64,000 nucleotides of DNA from Nanobdellota archaeon (GCA_021807085.1 JAKAPM010000002.1:9125-73124); one strand, 5' to 3'. Positions 28,985-38,181 are shown, numbered from the stretch's first letter. The notes: generated from the letters alone by a model not told the origin. Numbers and translations are program-made.

Positions 28985-29833
28985 TTATCTCCGGAACCCT
29001 TTCGCAGCTCCAAGTGTGTACGCGTTCACCTTGTCCATGTTCAATACTGTATTGTCAGCAGCATCGATAAGGCCGTCTCTCAGTCTACCCTGCGCATCTA
29101 TGGAAAAAGCATCCGTGGACAGAAGTCTCCTTATCTTGGTCACCGCATCGCCGACGTTATCGCCGGATAGTCCGCCAGCAAAGCATATGTTTCCCCCGAA
29201 ACCGCTGCTTTTCAGTTCGTTATATATAATCCCAAGTTCCTCTATCTTCAAAGAGACTCCTCTCCCTCCTGATGGGTCCAGTATTACGTAATCTGAGCCG
29301 CTGTAATCTCTCATAATCCTATCAGCTGTCTGGTACGGTCGCAGGTTCTGCATGGCCTTCCTTGTCGCAGACAGTATTATCATCAGACTGGGATAATTCT
29401 CCTTTAGTTTACGGATGGAATCTTTCGGCGGCCAGGTTACATTGAGCTGTACACCAAGCCCGGGATTGTCCTTGTATATATTGTCTTTTTCGAGGACTGA
29501 CGATAGCTCGTAATAAAGGTTTCCGACGTCTTTCGTATTGTAGTGTATGGTATTGAAGGCTTTTCCACGCGATGTTTCAATCAAGTCTGCGAGGTCTCTT
29601 AACGGCGGATATCTCTTGTCTCCCGGGTTGTACCCAAATTCCAGGGTTTTGTAGGAGACCAAGTAACCAATCATTGGAATATGAGTCGTATTCATATCTA
29701 TGCCCGACCTTTCGAATGCCTTTAGGCAGCCCACGACCTCGTGCTTAGACGTTGCACCGGTTATGCCTATATAGTTTTTACCGGCTGCAGTTCGGTCGTG
29801 ATAGTCCAGCTTTGCTTCTAGTTTTTCTGACAT
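28985..29833 (-). CDS. TIM-barrel protein, TrpF/PRAI-like
   Basis: IGITG, VQLN, ILDPSGGRG, FAGGLSGDNV and SIDAQG motifs. Confidence 0.7.
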   Translation of the reverse strand: MSEKLEAKLDYHDRTAAGKNYIGITGATSKHEVVGCLKAFERSGIDMNTTHIPMIGYLVSYKTLEFGYNPGDKRYPPLRDLADLIETSRGKAFNTIHYNTKDVGNLYYELSSVLEKDNIYKDNPGLGVQLNVTWPPKDSIRKLKENYPSLMIILSATRKAMQNLRPYQTADRIMRDYSGSDYVILDPSGGRGVSLKIEELGIIYNELKSSGFGGNICFAGGLSGDNVGDAVTKIRRLLSTDAFSIDAQGRLRDGLIDAADNTVLNMDKVNAYTLGAAKGFRR

Positions 29834-30042
29834 ACCCTAATAAGATTAAATTCTGTATAAATAGATTAACGAAAGAGAGATATTGTATATCATTCATGCG
29901 GCTTTCTTCAGTATTTTCGACACATAATCTATGTCAGTAAAAACTAAAACCTACCGATTTATTTATTGCAAGTTGCCCACATCATCCAGGCTGTAGAATA
30001 TCTTTCCATTGGGCTTTATTCTCTTGAACTCTTCCAGTTCTT

Positions 30043-30055
30043 TGCCCCGACCGGG
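30043..30055. repeat. att direct repeat (copy of the tRNA-Glu 3' end)
   Basis: TGCCCCGACCGGG, identical to 32839-32851. Confidence 0.8.
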
Positions 30056-30086
30056 TGCCGACATTTCTGTCATATTAGAATGATAT

Positions 30087-31070
30087 TTAATGTTTGTTGT
30101 TATATTTAAATCCATGCAATAGAATTCTTACTACCATAATTTCAGATGTGTCATATATTGTTTCTATTAAGAGTTCTCCCGATTCTTTATTTTTTTCTAC
30201 CCATTCTTTTATGGTTTTTACGTTTGTGGGATTTATGCCATGGATGAAAAAGCCTGGAAATTCATAGGTATAAGAACTAATAATTTTTTGCTTTACCTCA
30301 TCTTCTAAATCATCTATTGACATGTTGCTATTAACAAAAATTGCTAACACAGCATTTTTTATAACTAATTCATATATTGAATCAGCTTTCTTGCGTTCTG
30401 TATAAGAATAGAGTGGATAAATAAATTTTTCAAAATAATCTGCATTACATAAGTTAGCTATATTATTACCACGCATACCAAATCTTTGACTTATTTGTTG
30501 TTTTAGATGCACAATATTTTTTCCCTTTTTACTTTGAGATCTTAAAAATAAAGAGTTTGCTAAGGCATCCAGATCATATTCGGGAATTTTATCTTTGAAA
30601 TACTCTAATAATGCATCATCCGCTCTTTTATTTTGTGAGGAGTTATAACTAGCAAGTTCATCAAATATCTCTAAATCCTCGGCTCTAAAGATTGCTTTAT
30701 CACGTTCGGTTTTACGTTCGATTAATATCTTAGATAACTCTTCTTTTTCTGAATCTGTTAATTTGTCCGCATTTATAATCAGTTGTCTTTTACCTTCTAA
30801 ATAAAGCACTTTTTCACTGTTTTCATTAGATGTTGTTACCCCTACTTGCTCTACAATTTCTTCTTTTTGCTCCGTTTTTTGTGAGGGGGTATTATAGAAG
30901 ATATTCACTGTACCAACATCATGTATGTTTATTGATTTTTTGCCAGAACTAACATTGTTATTGCTCCCACTAATAGTTTTAACATCTACACTATCATTAT
31001 TTGTTTCGTGTTCGCCACCAAGTATCTTTTTTACAAATTCTAATGCAAGAATAAGATAGTGGTGTACCAT
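30087..31070 (-). CDS. Hypothetical cargo protein (327 aa)
   Basis: AT-rich ORF with foreign codon usage; true start may be slightly downstream. Confidence 0.75.
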   Translation of the reverse strand: MVHHYLILALEFVKKILGGEHETNNDSVDVKTISGSNNNVSSGKKSINIHDVGTVNIFYNTPSQKTEQKEEIVEQVGVTTSNENSEKVLYLEGKRQLIINADKLTDSEKEELSKILIERKTERDKAIFRAEDLEIFDELASYNSSQNKRADDALLEYFKDKIPEYDLDALANSLFLRSQSKKGKNIVHLKQQISQRFGMRGNNIANLCNADYFEKFIYPLYSYTERKKADSIYELVIKNAVLAIFVNSNMSIDDLEDEVKQKIISSYTYEFPGFFIHGINPTNVKTIKEWVEKNKESGELLIETIYDTSEIMVVRILLHGFKYNNKH

Positions 31071-31076
31071 ACCACA

Positions 31077-31436
31077 TCAATTTCTTTTGAACAGTCTACG
31101 TATAGAATCTACATTGTCTTCTATAAAAATATCAGAGCCATTTTTTATACCACCAAAGTTTTTCTTCAATATATTATTACCTTCAAAGGTAATGACTTTT
31201 TCTTTATTCTTTTTATTAATTATATACCCTTCTTTATCTGTTTCATAGCCAAAGGTGTCCAAAACAAAGTCAATAGCCGAACTATCAAATGTTATGTCTA
31301 GGTTTTCATCAACATTCTTATAAGTGTTAAGTTCTGTTTGCATATTATTATTATTACTATTATGTATAAATATTCGATTAATGACACCTTCTGCCTTATA
31401 AAGCTTACTAACTATCGAGTTAGAGAGGATCTTCAT
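31077..31436 (-). CDS. Hypothetical cargo protein (119 aa, or 88 aa from the second ATG)
   Basis: AT-rich ORF with an ATGA overlap with the integrase stop. Confidence 0.7.
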   Translation of the reverse strand: MKILSNSIVSKLYKAEGVINRIFIHNSNNNNMQTELNTYKNVDENLDITFDSSAIDFVLDTFGYETDKEGYIINKKNKEKVITFEGNNILKKNFGGIKNGSDIFIEDNVDSIRRLFKRN

Positions 31437-32389
31437 AAAGCCCCCTCTCTAAGCTTCTTATTCAGCTCCAAAACCGCCGGCAGGATGTCACGCCCAGATA
31501 AATGCACGTAAATCTTGGGCATCCCGCTTCCTTGAATCCACCCTAGGTACACGCACATCTGTGATTCTGTCAGATATTGCGCCAAAAACGTAGCCCTCGA
31601 ATGCCTGAAAAGATATGAATAAACCCTCTTGTCGAAATTCAATTTAAGGGCAAGGTTCTTTATTAGAGAGTTGAGCCAATATACGCTCACAGGGAACAGC
31701 TTGTCCGCCGGCTTGATCGGATTTGCTTCTAGGTACTGCTCCAGATAATAATCGCTTCTTGTCGTCAATATCACCGGAATCTGCCTCGAACCCGTCTTAG
31801 TGTTCTCCGGCACATAGACGAAAAGCCCGTTCTCGTTCTTTTGCACGTCCTGCCTATTTAATGACAATAATTCGTGCGGACGGCAGCCCGTATCGTAAAG
31901 AAGACTTAATACGGCTTTATCTAAAGGTTTTTTAGCGGCGTCTATAATCCGTTTTATCTCGTCCAAAGACAGCGTTTCGTGTGGCAGCATACGTTTCTCT
32001 TTTGTTTGGAATCGGTAACGGGACAGTTTTAAGTCCGGATCCAGCCACAGGGCGAACTTTCTGAACCTGCTTAGGTAATGTTTTTTTGTCTCGAAGACGA
32101 AGTCGCTGGAGCGTATATACTCGAAAAACCTGTCCACGTCCTCGGCTGTGACGAGGCTTATGTCCGGTTTTACCGCTTTTTGGAACCGGTTAAGGACGAC
32201 GACATACCACTCCTTAGTCCTTTCATTGAAGCCCTCTCTGTCCAATTCCTTCAAAAACCGGCTGATTATCTCGTTTTCCACGTCAAAGCACTCCGGTTCT
32301 CGTGCCCATCCCCGACAATTCACCATTAAGGCCAGACGCAGCCGGCTCTGAGCCGGCGCTGCAATCGTCGCTGTCTTCGTGTTCCCCAT
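31433..32389 (-). CDS. Tyrosine recombinase/integrase
   Basis: DTGCRPHE (R), TKTG (K), YLFRHSRAT, LGW and IYVH (Y); N-terminal SAM-like domain. Confidence 0.93.
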   Translation of the reverse strand: MGNTKTATIAAPAQSRLRLALMVNCRGWAREPECFDVENEIISRFLKELDREGFNERTKEWYVVVLNRFQKAVKPDISLVTAEDVDRFFEYIRSSDFVFETKKHYLSRFRKFALWLDPDLKLSRYRFQTKEKRMLPHETLSLDEIKRIIDAAKKPLDKAVLSLLYDTGCRPHELLSLNRQDVQKNENGLFVYVPENTKTGSRQIPVILTTRSDYYLEQYLEANPIKPADKLFPVSVYWLNSLIKNLALKLNFDKRVYSYLFRHSRATFLAQYLTESQMCVYLGWIQGSGMPKIYVHLSGRDILPAVLELNKKLREGAL

Positions 32390-32499
32390 AATTTAAGCTT
32401 TCTCCGGCTGCTCTCGTATCTCTTCCACGGTCACCCTGACGACCTTGCCGGCTAGAGAGTTTGAAAGGATTAAAATTAAACGAGGGATTATAATAATTA

Positions 32500-32655
32500 A
32501 TGGATTGGGAATGCATAGCAGGGATAATTGCGTTTATTGTTCTTGGAAGTGTAATTGGATTAGTAGGAGAGCAGGTCTCAAATGTAGCAGTCCTGATTAT
32601 TGGCGCAGTTATCATAGTTGTACCATCCGGCTTAATTGCTTATTTCTGTCGATAA
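32500..32655 (+). CDS. 51-aa two-TM membrane peptide
   Basis: MDWECIAGIIAFIVLGSVIGLVGEQVSNVAVLIIGAVIIVVPSGLIAYFCR. Confidence 0.6.
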   Translation: MDWECIAGIIAFIVLGSVIGLVGEQVSNVAVLIIGAVIIVVPSGLIAYFCR

Positions 32656-32838
32656 TTGAAGGCAGCCAAAACGCCTCAGAATTAATAAGAAAACCGGTAA
32701 TTAACAATGTAAGAGTAATTTCTTGGGATTTTGAAAGTAAAATCAAAGAAAACCAAAAATAGCTAGTCGCAATAAGTATAAAACTAGTAATTCTTAAGAG
32801 AGTTAGTCTCTCTCGCTTCTTTCCCCGTTTTCTCTCGA

Positions 32839-32926
32839 TGCCCCGACCGGGATTTGAACCCGGGTTTCTGCCTGTCCTCCCAAAAGGTCGAAAGGGCAAT
32901 GTCCTTGGCCGCTAGACTATCGGGGC
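32839..32926 (-). tRNA. tRNA-Glu(TTC) with a 15-nt intron at 37/38 (32874-32888)
   Basis: Cloverleaf GCCCCGA..TTGCC-CTTTCG[ACCTTTTGGGAGGAC]A-GGCAG..CCGGG-TTCAAAT-CCCGG..TCGGGGC-A; BHB helix CTTT/GAGG with 3-nt bulges. Confidence 0.93.
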
Positions 32927-33011
32927 ACCAAACACATATACTTCACTTTATATTTTATATAAGCTACGCAGAATTTAAAAAGGATTTAAGCGGCGCTTAT
33001 TATAGGATAGT

Positions 33012-34202
33012 ATGCCCAACGTAACCTTCTACTTTGAGGTGCACCAGCCGTACAGGCTGAGGAGAGTGTTCTCCTTCGACAAGAACCAGAATTTCATCGA
33101 CACGGACAGGAACAGGGCAGTATTCGGCAAGGTGGCCGACAAATGCTACATACCGATGACGAAGATGCTTGTGGACCTAAACAAGGAATACCCAGAGCTG
33201 AAGACGAGCTTCTCGTTCACGGGCATATTCTTCGAGCAGGCAGAGGAATTCAGGCCGGATGTTATCAACGTTTTCCAGGAGCTGTTCGACACGGGCTCTA
33301 TGGAGATACTGGACGAAACCTACTACCATTCGCTCGCCTACCTGATAGACAGGGACGAATTCGAGGACCAGGTGAAGCTGCACAGAGAGGCGATACACCG
33401 ATACTTCAAGTTCAAACCGACGGTCTTCAGGAACACGGAGGCCATGTATTCCAACGACATAGCCTCCCTGGCCGCTAAGATGGGTTACAAGGCGATAGTC
33501 GCGGAGGGATGGGAGAAGAGCCTCGGATGGAGGTCGCCTAACTACGTTTATACGGATCCCGGCAGGAAAATAAATTTACTCCTGAGAAACTACAAGCTGA
33601 GCGACGACATATCGTTCAGGTTCTCGTCCCATGGATGGAAAGAGTACCCTCTGACGTCGGAAAAGTACGCGGGTTGGCTCGCCGACAACGAAGGGGACAC
33701 AGTCAACCTATTCATGGACTACGAGACCTTCGGCGAGCACCAATGGAAGGATACCGGGATATTTGACTTCTTTAGGGCTCTTCCGGGAGACATGATAAAA
33801 AAGGGTATTGGGTTCAACAAGGTGTCCGACACGGCAGCCGTAAAGCCTGTCGGTATAGTGGATGTACCGGACATAATGTCGTGGGCAGACGTGGACAGGG
33901 ACCTCACGGCATGGCTCGGCAACAGGATGCAGAATGCTGCGTTCGAGAAGCTGAAAGGCATGAGGAAGGACGTGCTGCAGACGGAAGACAAGGACATAAT
34001 AAGCGAGTGGAGGGTTCTGCAGACTTCTGACAACTTCTATTACATGTGCACGAAGTGGTTCGCGGACGGGGATGTGCACAAGTATTTCAACGCGTACGAT
34101 TCTCCGTACGTGGCGTACATAAACTACATGAACATAATATCCGACCTGGACAGAAGGGTCAAATCCGCTTTAGAGCTGCGTCGTAAGCCTGCAGATATAT
34201 AG
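33012..34202 (+). CDS. GH57 alpha-amylase-like glycoside hydrolase
   Basis: FEVHQP, ETYYHSL, FRNTE, MDYETFGEH and QTSD motifs. Confidence 0.93.
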   Translation: MPNVTFYFEVHQPYRLRRVFSFDKNQNFIDTDRNRAVFGKVADKCYIPMTKMLVDLNKEYPELKTSFSFTGIFFEQAEEFRPDVINVFQELFDTGSMEILDETYYHSLAYLIDRDEFEDQVKLHREAIHRYFKFKPTVFRNTEAMYSNDIASLAAKMGYKAIVAEGWEKSLGWRSPNYVYTDPGRKINLLLRNYKLSDDISFRFSSHGWKEYPLTSEKYAGWLADNEGDTVNLFMDYETFGEHQWKDTGIFDFFRALPGDMIKKGIGFNKVSDTAAVKPVGIVDVPDIMSWADVDRDLTAWLGNRMQNAAFEKLKGMRKDVLQTEDKDIISEWRVLQTSDNFYYMCTKWFADGDVHKYFNAYDSPYVAYINYMNIISDLDRRVKSALELRRKPADI

Positions 34203-35934
34203 GCAGGAACTTTTCCCATCCGAACTGCTCAGACAGCTCCCTAGCGGACACCCTCATCTTCAGCAGCTCGTCCTGGTTGGTCGTCACTATCTTCAGCATG
34301 TCGCGGGATATCTGGCCGACGACGTCGTCCCTCTTCCTGTTTATCAGGCGTTCCACGAATATCCCTCCGGACTGCTCCTTGATCTCGTTGATGCAGTATT
34401 CACCGAACCCTCCTTGGTCGGTGGTGAAGGCTATGGACATGTAGGACGCCGCCTCGAGGGGGGTGTAGCCGAACGGCTCGTACTTGGACAGGAAGAACCC
34501 AGCAACAGCTATCGAGAGGGCCTCGTGGTAGGTTAGGTTTAGAAGCTCGTCTCCGAGAGTCAGGTACTTGGGGTAGTATATGACCTTCACGTGGCAGTTG
34601 GGGGAGTTGTCCAGGCCGTTCTCCCTCAGCCTGCTGAGTATCTGGTCGTCATTTTCTGAATAGGATAGTATGAACGGGCACAGGGGCGGATTGACCAGCT
34701 TGGAACGCCTAAGCTGCGACGTCATCCTCTTGGTGTCGTTCACTATCTTGCTGTATGCCTTGTCCATGACTGCCGACGCTGTGGTCGGATTGGACGAGAC
34801 CAGCTTGTCGAAGCTCTCTATGTCTTCGTGCAGGGTGGCTTTTATGCCGAGGTAAGTTAGGTAATTCGCCACCACGTCGCTCTTGGTCCCTACGGTACCG
34901 GACGGGACGGCGATGAAGGCTACCACGTAATTGTCGTCGGACAGCGTCTTGTTGAGCCTGCCGAGAGCGTCTATGAAAAGATCGAAACCCTTCCCGTAGA
35001 ACTCGTACCTTCCCCCTGTCAGGAAGACTGTGGCCTTCTTCGCATCGAAGTCGTAGTAGGGAAGGAAATACCCGTTAACGAAGTTTTCGAACTTCGCTTG
35101 GGCGCTGTTCCTAAGTGCATCTAGGTCCACCGGCGCGGGCAGGTCCTTCAGGTCTATCCCGTTTATGGTCACGAAATCGGTCTTTCTTCCGAGCATTACC
35201 TCCGCTTCCTTAGCGACTATCTTGCTCACGGTCGTGAACACCGTCGCGTTCAGGGCCGCAGCCTTCTCCGTGAGGTGCTTTGCGGCAACGCCGTATTGGT
35301 AGGGGAGGGAAGGGCCTACGCTAGTGTTAGAGTTTACGAACGCCAGAGTATCCCCCCCGTTGTAGGATATCGCCCTTCCGAGGACGGTCGCGTGTACCGT
35401 GAAGACAGTGGGGACCCTTACGTTGCTGGATTTAAGGTAGAGAAGTGCGCCGGCGGAAAGCCATTCGTGCACCTGGGCCACCATCGGCATGTGCACTGCC
35501 TTGCTGAGGGAAGCCAGGAACACGCCAGCCGTGTACGACCACGCGAGCGGCTCGGTGTAGTCCTCCGGAGCATTGAGCGAATCTATCTTGAATTTGTCCC
35601 AGAACTCCTTCTTTATCTCGTTACCGTGCCTCTGTTCGAATTCTTTGGAGTCTATCAGGAGAAGATTTACATCGCTTCCGGACGCCCATCTGCCGAAGTA
35701 TATCTTTACGCCGTCGAGCTTGATGTCGGCTATGGCGTCCTTGACGAACTGCGGCGCCGGCGCCTCTACGAATTCTATCGCGCACTGCGTGGGGTTGTAG
35801 AAGCCTACGGCTAGGTAGTTAGGGCCGAACTTCTGCTTGATGTATTCCGATTTCGAGGTTAGGACGGTCCATATTCCCCCGACTTTGTTGCCCGCCTCGA
35901 ACGATACCTCCGCCAAAAAATAGGGACTGGACAT
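34159..35934 (-). CDS. Glycogen synthase, GT3 type
   Basis: EVSFEAGNKVGGI, HEW, HATVLGR, GRYEF..KG and YEPFGYTPLE motifs; ATG 35934. Confidence 0.9.
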   Translation of the reverse strand: MSSPYFLAEVSFEAGNKVGGIWTVLTSKSEYIKQKFGPNYLAVGFYNPTQCAIEFVEAPAPQFVKDAIADIKLDGVKIYFGRWASGSDVNLLLIDSKEFEQRHGNEIKKEFWDKFKIDSLNAPEDYTEPLAWSYTAGVFLASLSKAVHMPMVAQVHEWLSAGALLYLKSSNVRVPTVFTVHATVLGRAISYNGGDTLAFVNSNTSVGPSLPYQYGVAAKHLTEKAAALNATVFTTVSKIVAKEAEVMLGRKTDFVTINGIDLKDLPAPVDLDALRNSAQAKFENFVNGYFLPYYDFDAKKATVFLTGGRYEFYGKGFDLFIDALGRLNKTLSDDNYVVAFIAVPSGTVGTKSDVVANYLTYLGIKATLHEDIESFDKLVSSNPTTASAVMDKAYSKIVNDTKRMTSQLRRSKLVNPPLCPFILSYSENDDQILSRLRENGLDNSPNCHVKVIYYPKYLTLGDELLNLTYHEALSIAVAGFFLSKYEPFGYTPLEAASYMSIAFTTDQGGFGEYCINEIKEQSGGIFVERLINRKRDDVVGQISRDMLKIVTTNQDELLKMRVSARELSEQFGWEKFLPIYLQAYDAALKRI

Positions 35935-36099
35935 ACAATAATAGTGGGTCGTTTTCAATATATTAGTTGCTGTCGAAACTTGGGTCCCGCACGGGAGCCG
36001 GAAGGGCGGACTACACACCACATATGGATTTGGCTTTAATTAATGTGCAAAGCCCATGAGAAAAATAACTATTTATAGAGATACTCTTCAGTAGTTGAC

Positions 36100-36708
36100 A
36101 TGGCAAACACACTGGAGAGATTTTTGGACGGCCTTGGGTCCATAAATTCAGAGGAGTGGAACACCGTCTCTAAGGCAGAGGAATACGGCTTTACCCCCAA
36201 CAATCCACTGGTAAGAACCCTTCTTCCGTTCCTGAAAGATGGCAGAGACATAGAGAGCGGCGGTACGATGTATTATTCAGATTCAGATGATCAAGATTCC
36301 TTAACTGACGACGATTTCAATATGCTTGCGTGGCTAAGAGGAAGATATGGCGAAGGCAGGCTGGAAGTAAAATTAAATTTCTACCACTTTCCGACCACAA
36401 AGTATATCCCGTTGGACGCCCTGCCGTCAGATACCGACATAAGAAAGGAGGATACCTCACTCAGAACGGACAAGTTCGTGAAAGAACAGCACAAGACAAT
36501 GTATGAACTGAGCATATACGGCAGTCTGGATTCCATACCCGTCAGCGTGACCGTCGAATACAACGGTTCATACCACGCCAAACCACCCTCGTTCAAAACA
36601 GTTTATGAGAGGGGTGGTATCATAACTCCAGAACGTCTTTCAAGATGGACAAGGGACAGCAAAGCGGCAGAGGAAGCCGTTATGAAAAATACCTTCCTCG
36701 ACGAGTAA
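36100..36708 (+). CDS. Hypothetical protein (202 aa)
   Basis: Clean ORF with upstream TATA-like element; no motif recognised. Confidence 0.7.
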   Translation: MANTLERFLDGLGSINSEEWNTVSKAEEYGFTPNNPLVRTLLPFLKDGRDIESGGTMYYSDSDDQDSLTDDDFNMLAWLRGRYGEGRLEVKLNFYHFPTTKYIPLDALPSDTDIRKEDTSLRTDKFVKEQHKTMYELSIYGSLDSIPVSVTVEYNGSYHAKPPSFKTVYERGGIITPERLSRWTRDSKAAEEAVMKNTFLDE

Positions 36709-36836
36709 ATTCGTGCGGCTAGTGTAAAATAAGCGGGTCTATGTATTATCCAATTTCACTTGTCGAACTACTGCCAAAAAGACTTATATATAAAAGCGTA
36801 CATTAATTCACATAAAGTCGGTTTTTGAGGTATGAT

Positions 36837-37922
36837 ATGCATCAGACAGAAAACGTGAATCCGATAGAGGCGAGCCTAAACAAGCTTTTCTCGACAATAG
36901 ACGCACTGTCGTCGAAGATAGACGAGCTTAACGAGCGCGTAGATTTCATGGGTTCGTTCATAGGTCTAGAGTCTGGCGAGGGGGAAAACGCCGAGAAAGT
37001 GGAACCGCCTGGACAGCTGGCCGGACTCACACTCGACAACCTCAACAAGATACTCCCTCCAAAGGACGCTAACGCCGTTAGGGCGTATTTCCTGAGAGTC
37101 CTGAGCCTTTTCAGGCGCTACGTAAAAGCGATAGTCATGTTCGGAAGTTCAAAGACAAAGAGCGGCGTGACAAACACGTCCGACATAGACGTTGCGTTCA
37201 TAGTGGACGACACCGACATACAGAGGTTCACCCTCGAACAGCTAAAGGACAGGCTATTCACGAAGATGGCGGAGATAGCGAGGGATTTTTCGGAGAAAAT
37301 CCACGCGCAGGCTTACCCTCTCTCCGAGTTCTGGGGTTCGATAATAAAACCAAACCCAGTCATACTTACGCTACTGAGGGACGGCATGGCAGTGTACGAC
37401 ACTGGTTTTTTCATACCGATACAGCTGCTCTACAGGACCGGCAACATAGTACCTACGATAGAGACGATAAACAGCAACATAGAGAATTCGGAGGGGCTGA
37501 TAATGCTGGCGGAGAACGTGCTTACGACCAAGCTGTCGCTGGACCTTTACAACGCAGTCGTCGCGTCCGGACAGGCGCTTCTTATGGAGTACGGTTACCT
37601 GCCGCCTGTGCCAAAGGAGATCCCGAAGGAGCTCATGGCTGTAGCCGTGGAGAAGGAGAGGATACTCGCGAAGGAGGACGTCGACAGGATAGAAGACGTG
37701 ATAAAATGGTTCAAGAAGATAGACCATGGGGAGACGAAGAGCGTAAGCGGCAGGGAGTTCGACGAGAAACTTGCTGAGACGAAGGAAAGCGTCGACAAGA
37801 TAATAAGCGTGATAGACGGGCTAAGGGAGAAGAGCGGCCTGCCGAAACCCGTCATAGAAAAAGATTTATTAAAGAAAACTGGCTCTGATGTAGATAACAA
37901 ATACATGCAGAAGACGGAATGA
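36837..37922 (+). CDS. Nucleotidyltransferase (MNT)-HEPN-like fusion protein
   Basis: MFGS...SDIDV MNT motif; helical C-domain DLYNAVV..ALL..KKIDHG. Confidence 0.78.
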   Translation: MHQTENVNPIEASLNKLFSTIDALSSKIDELNERVDFMGSFIGLESGEGENAEKVEPPGQLAGLTLDNLNKILPPKDANAVRAYFLRVLSLFRRYVKAIVMFGSSKTKSGVTNTSDIDVAFIVDDTDIQRFTLEQLKDRLFTKMAEIARDFSEKIHAQAYPLSEFWGSIIKPNPVILTLLRDGMAVYDTGFFIPIQLLYRTGNIVPTIETINSNIENSEGLIMLAENVLTTKLSLDLYNAVVASGQALLMEYGYLPPVPKEIPKELMAVAVEKERILAKEDVDRIEDVIKWFKKIDHGETKSVSGREFDEKLAETKESVDKIISVIDGLREKSGLPKPVIEKDLLKKTGSDVDNKYMQKTE

Positions 37923-38179
37923 ATATGACAAGCATAAAGATAGTCTCGTACAGAAGGGGCAGAAAGACCCAGAACACCAGGCAGGCCATAGCCAGGATTT
38001 CGGAAGTAAACACGAAGGAAGCGGCCAGCAAATTCGTCGGCAAGAGGGTCGAGCTGCCGTTCCCGAAGAACCCGATAAAAGGAGTCATAACGGGGACCCA
38101 CGGCGGCAAGGGTAGAGTTATCATAAGGTTCAGGAGGGGAATCCCCGGCCAGGCAATCACAAAGGAAGTCAAGTTCTGA
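37919..38179 (+). CDS. rpl35ae: 50S ribosomal protein L35Ae
   Basis: SYRRG..Q, G.I.GTHG..G...RF..GIPGQA motifs. Confidence 0.92.
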   Translation: MNMTSIKIVSYRRGRKTQNTRQAIARISEVNTKEAASKFVGKRVELPFPKNPIKGVITGTHGGKGRVIIRFRRGIPGQAITKEVKF

Positions 38180-38181
38180 AT

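Larger units (their letters stand above)
30043..32851. mobile_element. 2.8-kb integrative element in tRNA-Glu
   Basis: 13-bp flanking direct repeat, tyrosine integrase, visibly AT-rich cargo. Confidence 0.8.

Noticed and set aside
29963-30073. 36-aa minus-strand ORF spanning the att repeat (possible excisionase or split-gene remnant)
   Set aside because: Too short, with only a vague resemblance; the integrase itself is complete
32612-32899. 95-aa minus-strand ORF
   Set aside because: Starts inside tRNA-Glu; spurious
35985-36012. CCGGAAGG as SRP RNA helix 8
   Set aside because: The flanking CAGG/AGCA internal loop is absent; kept only as a weak structured-RNA candidate
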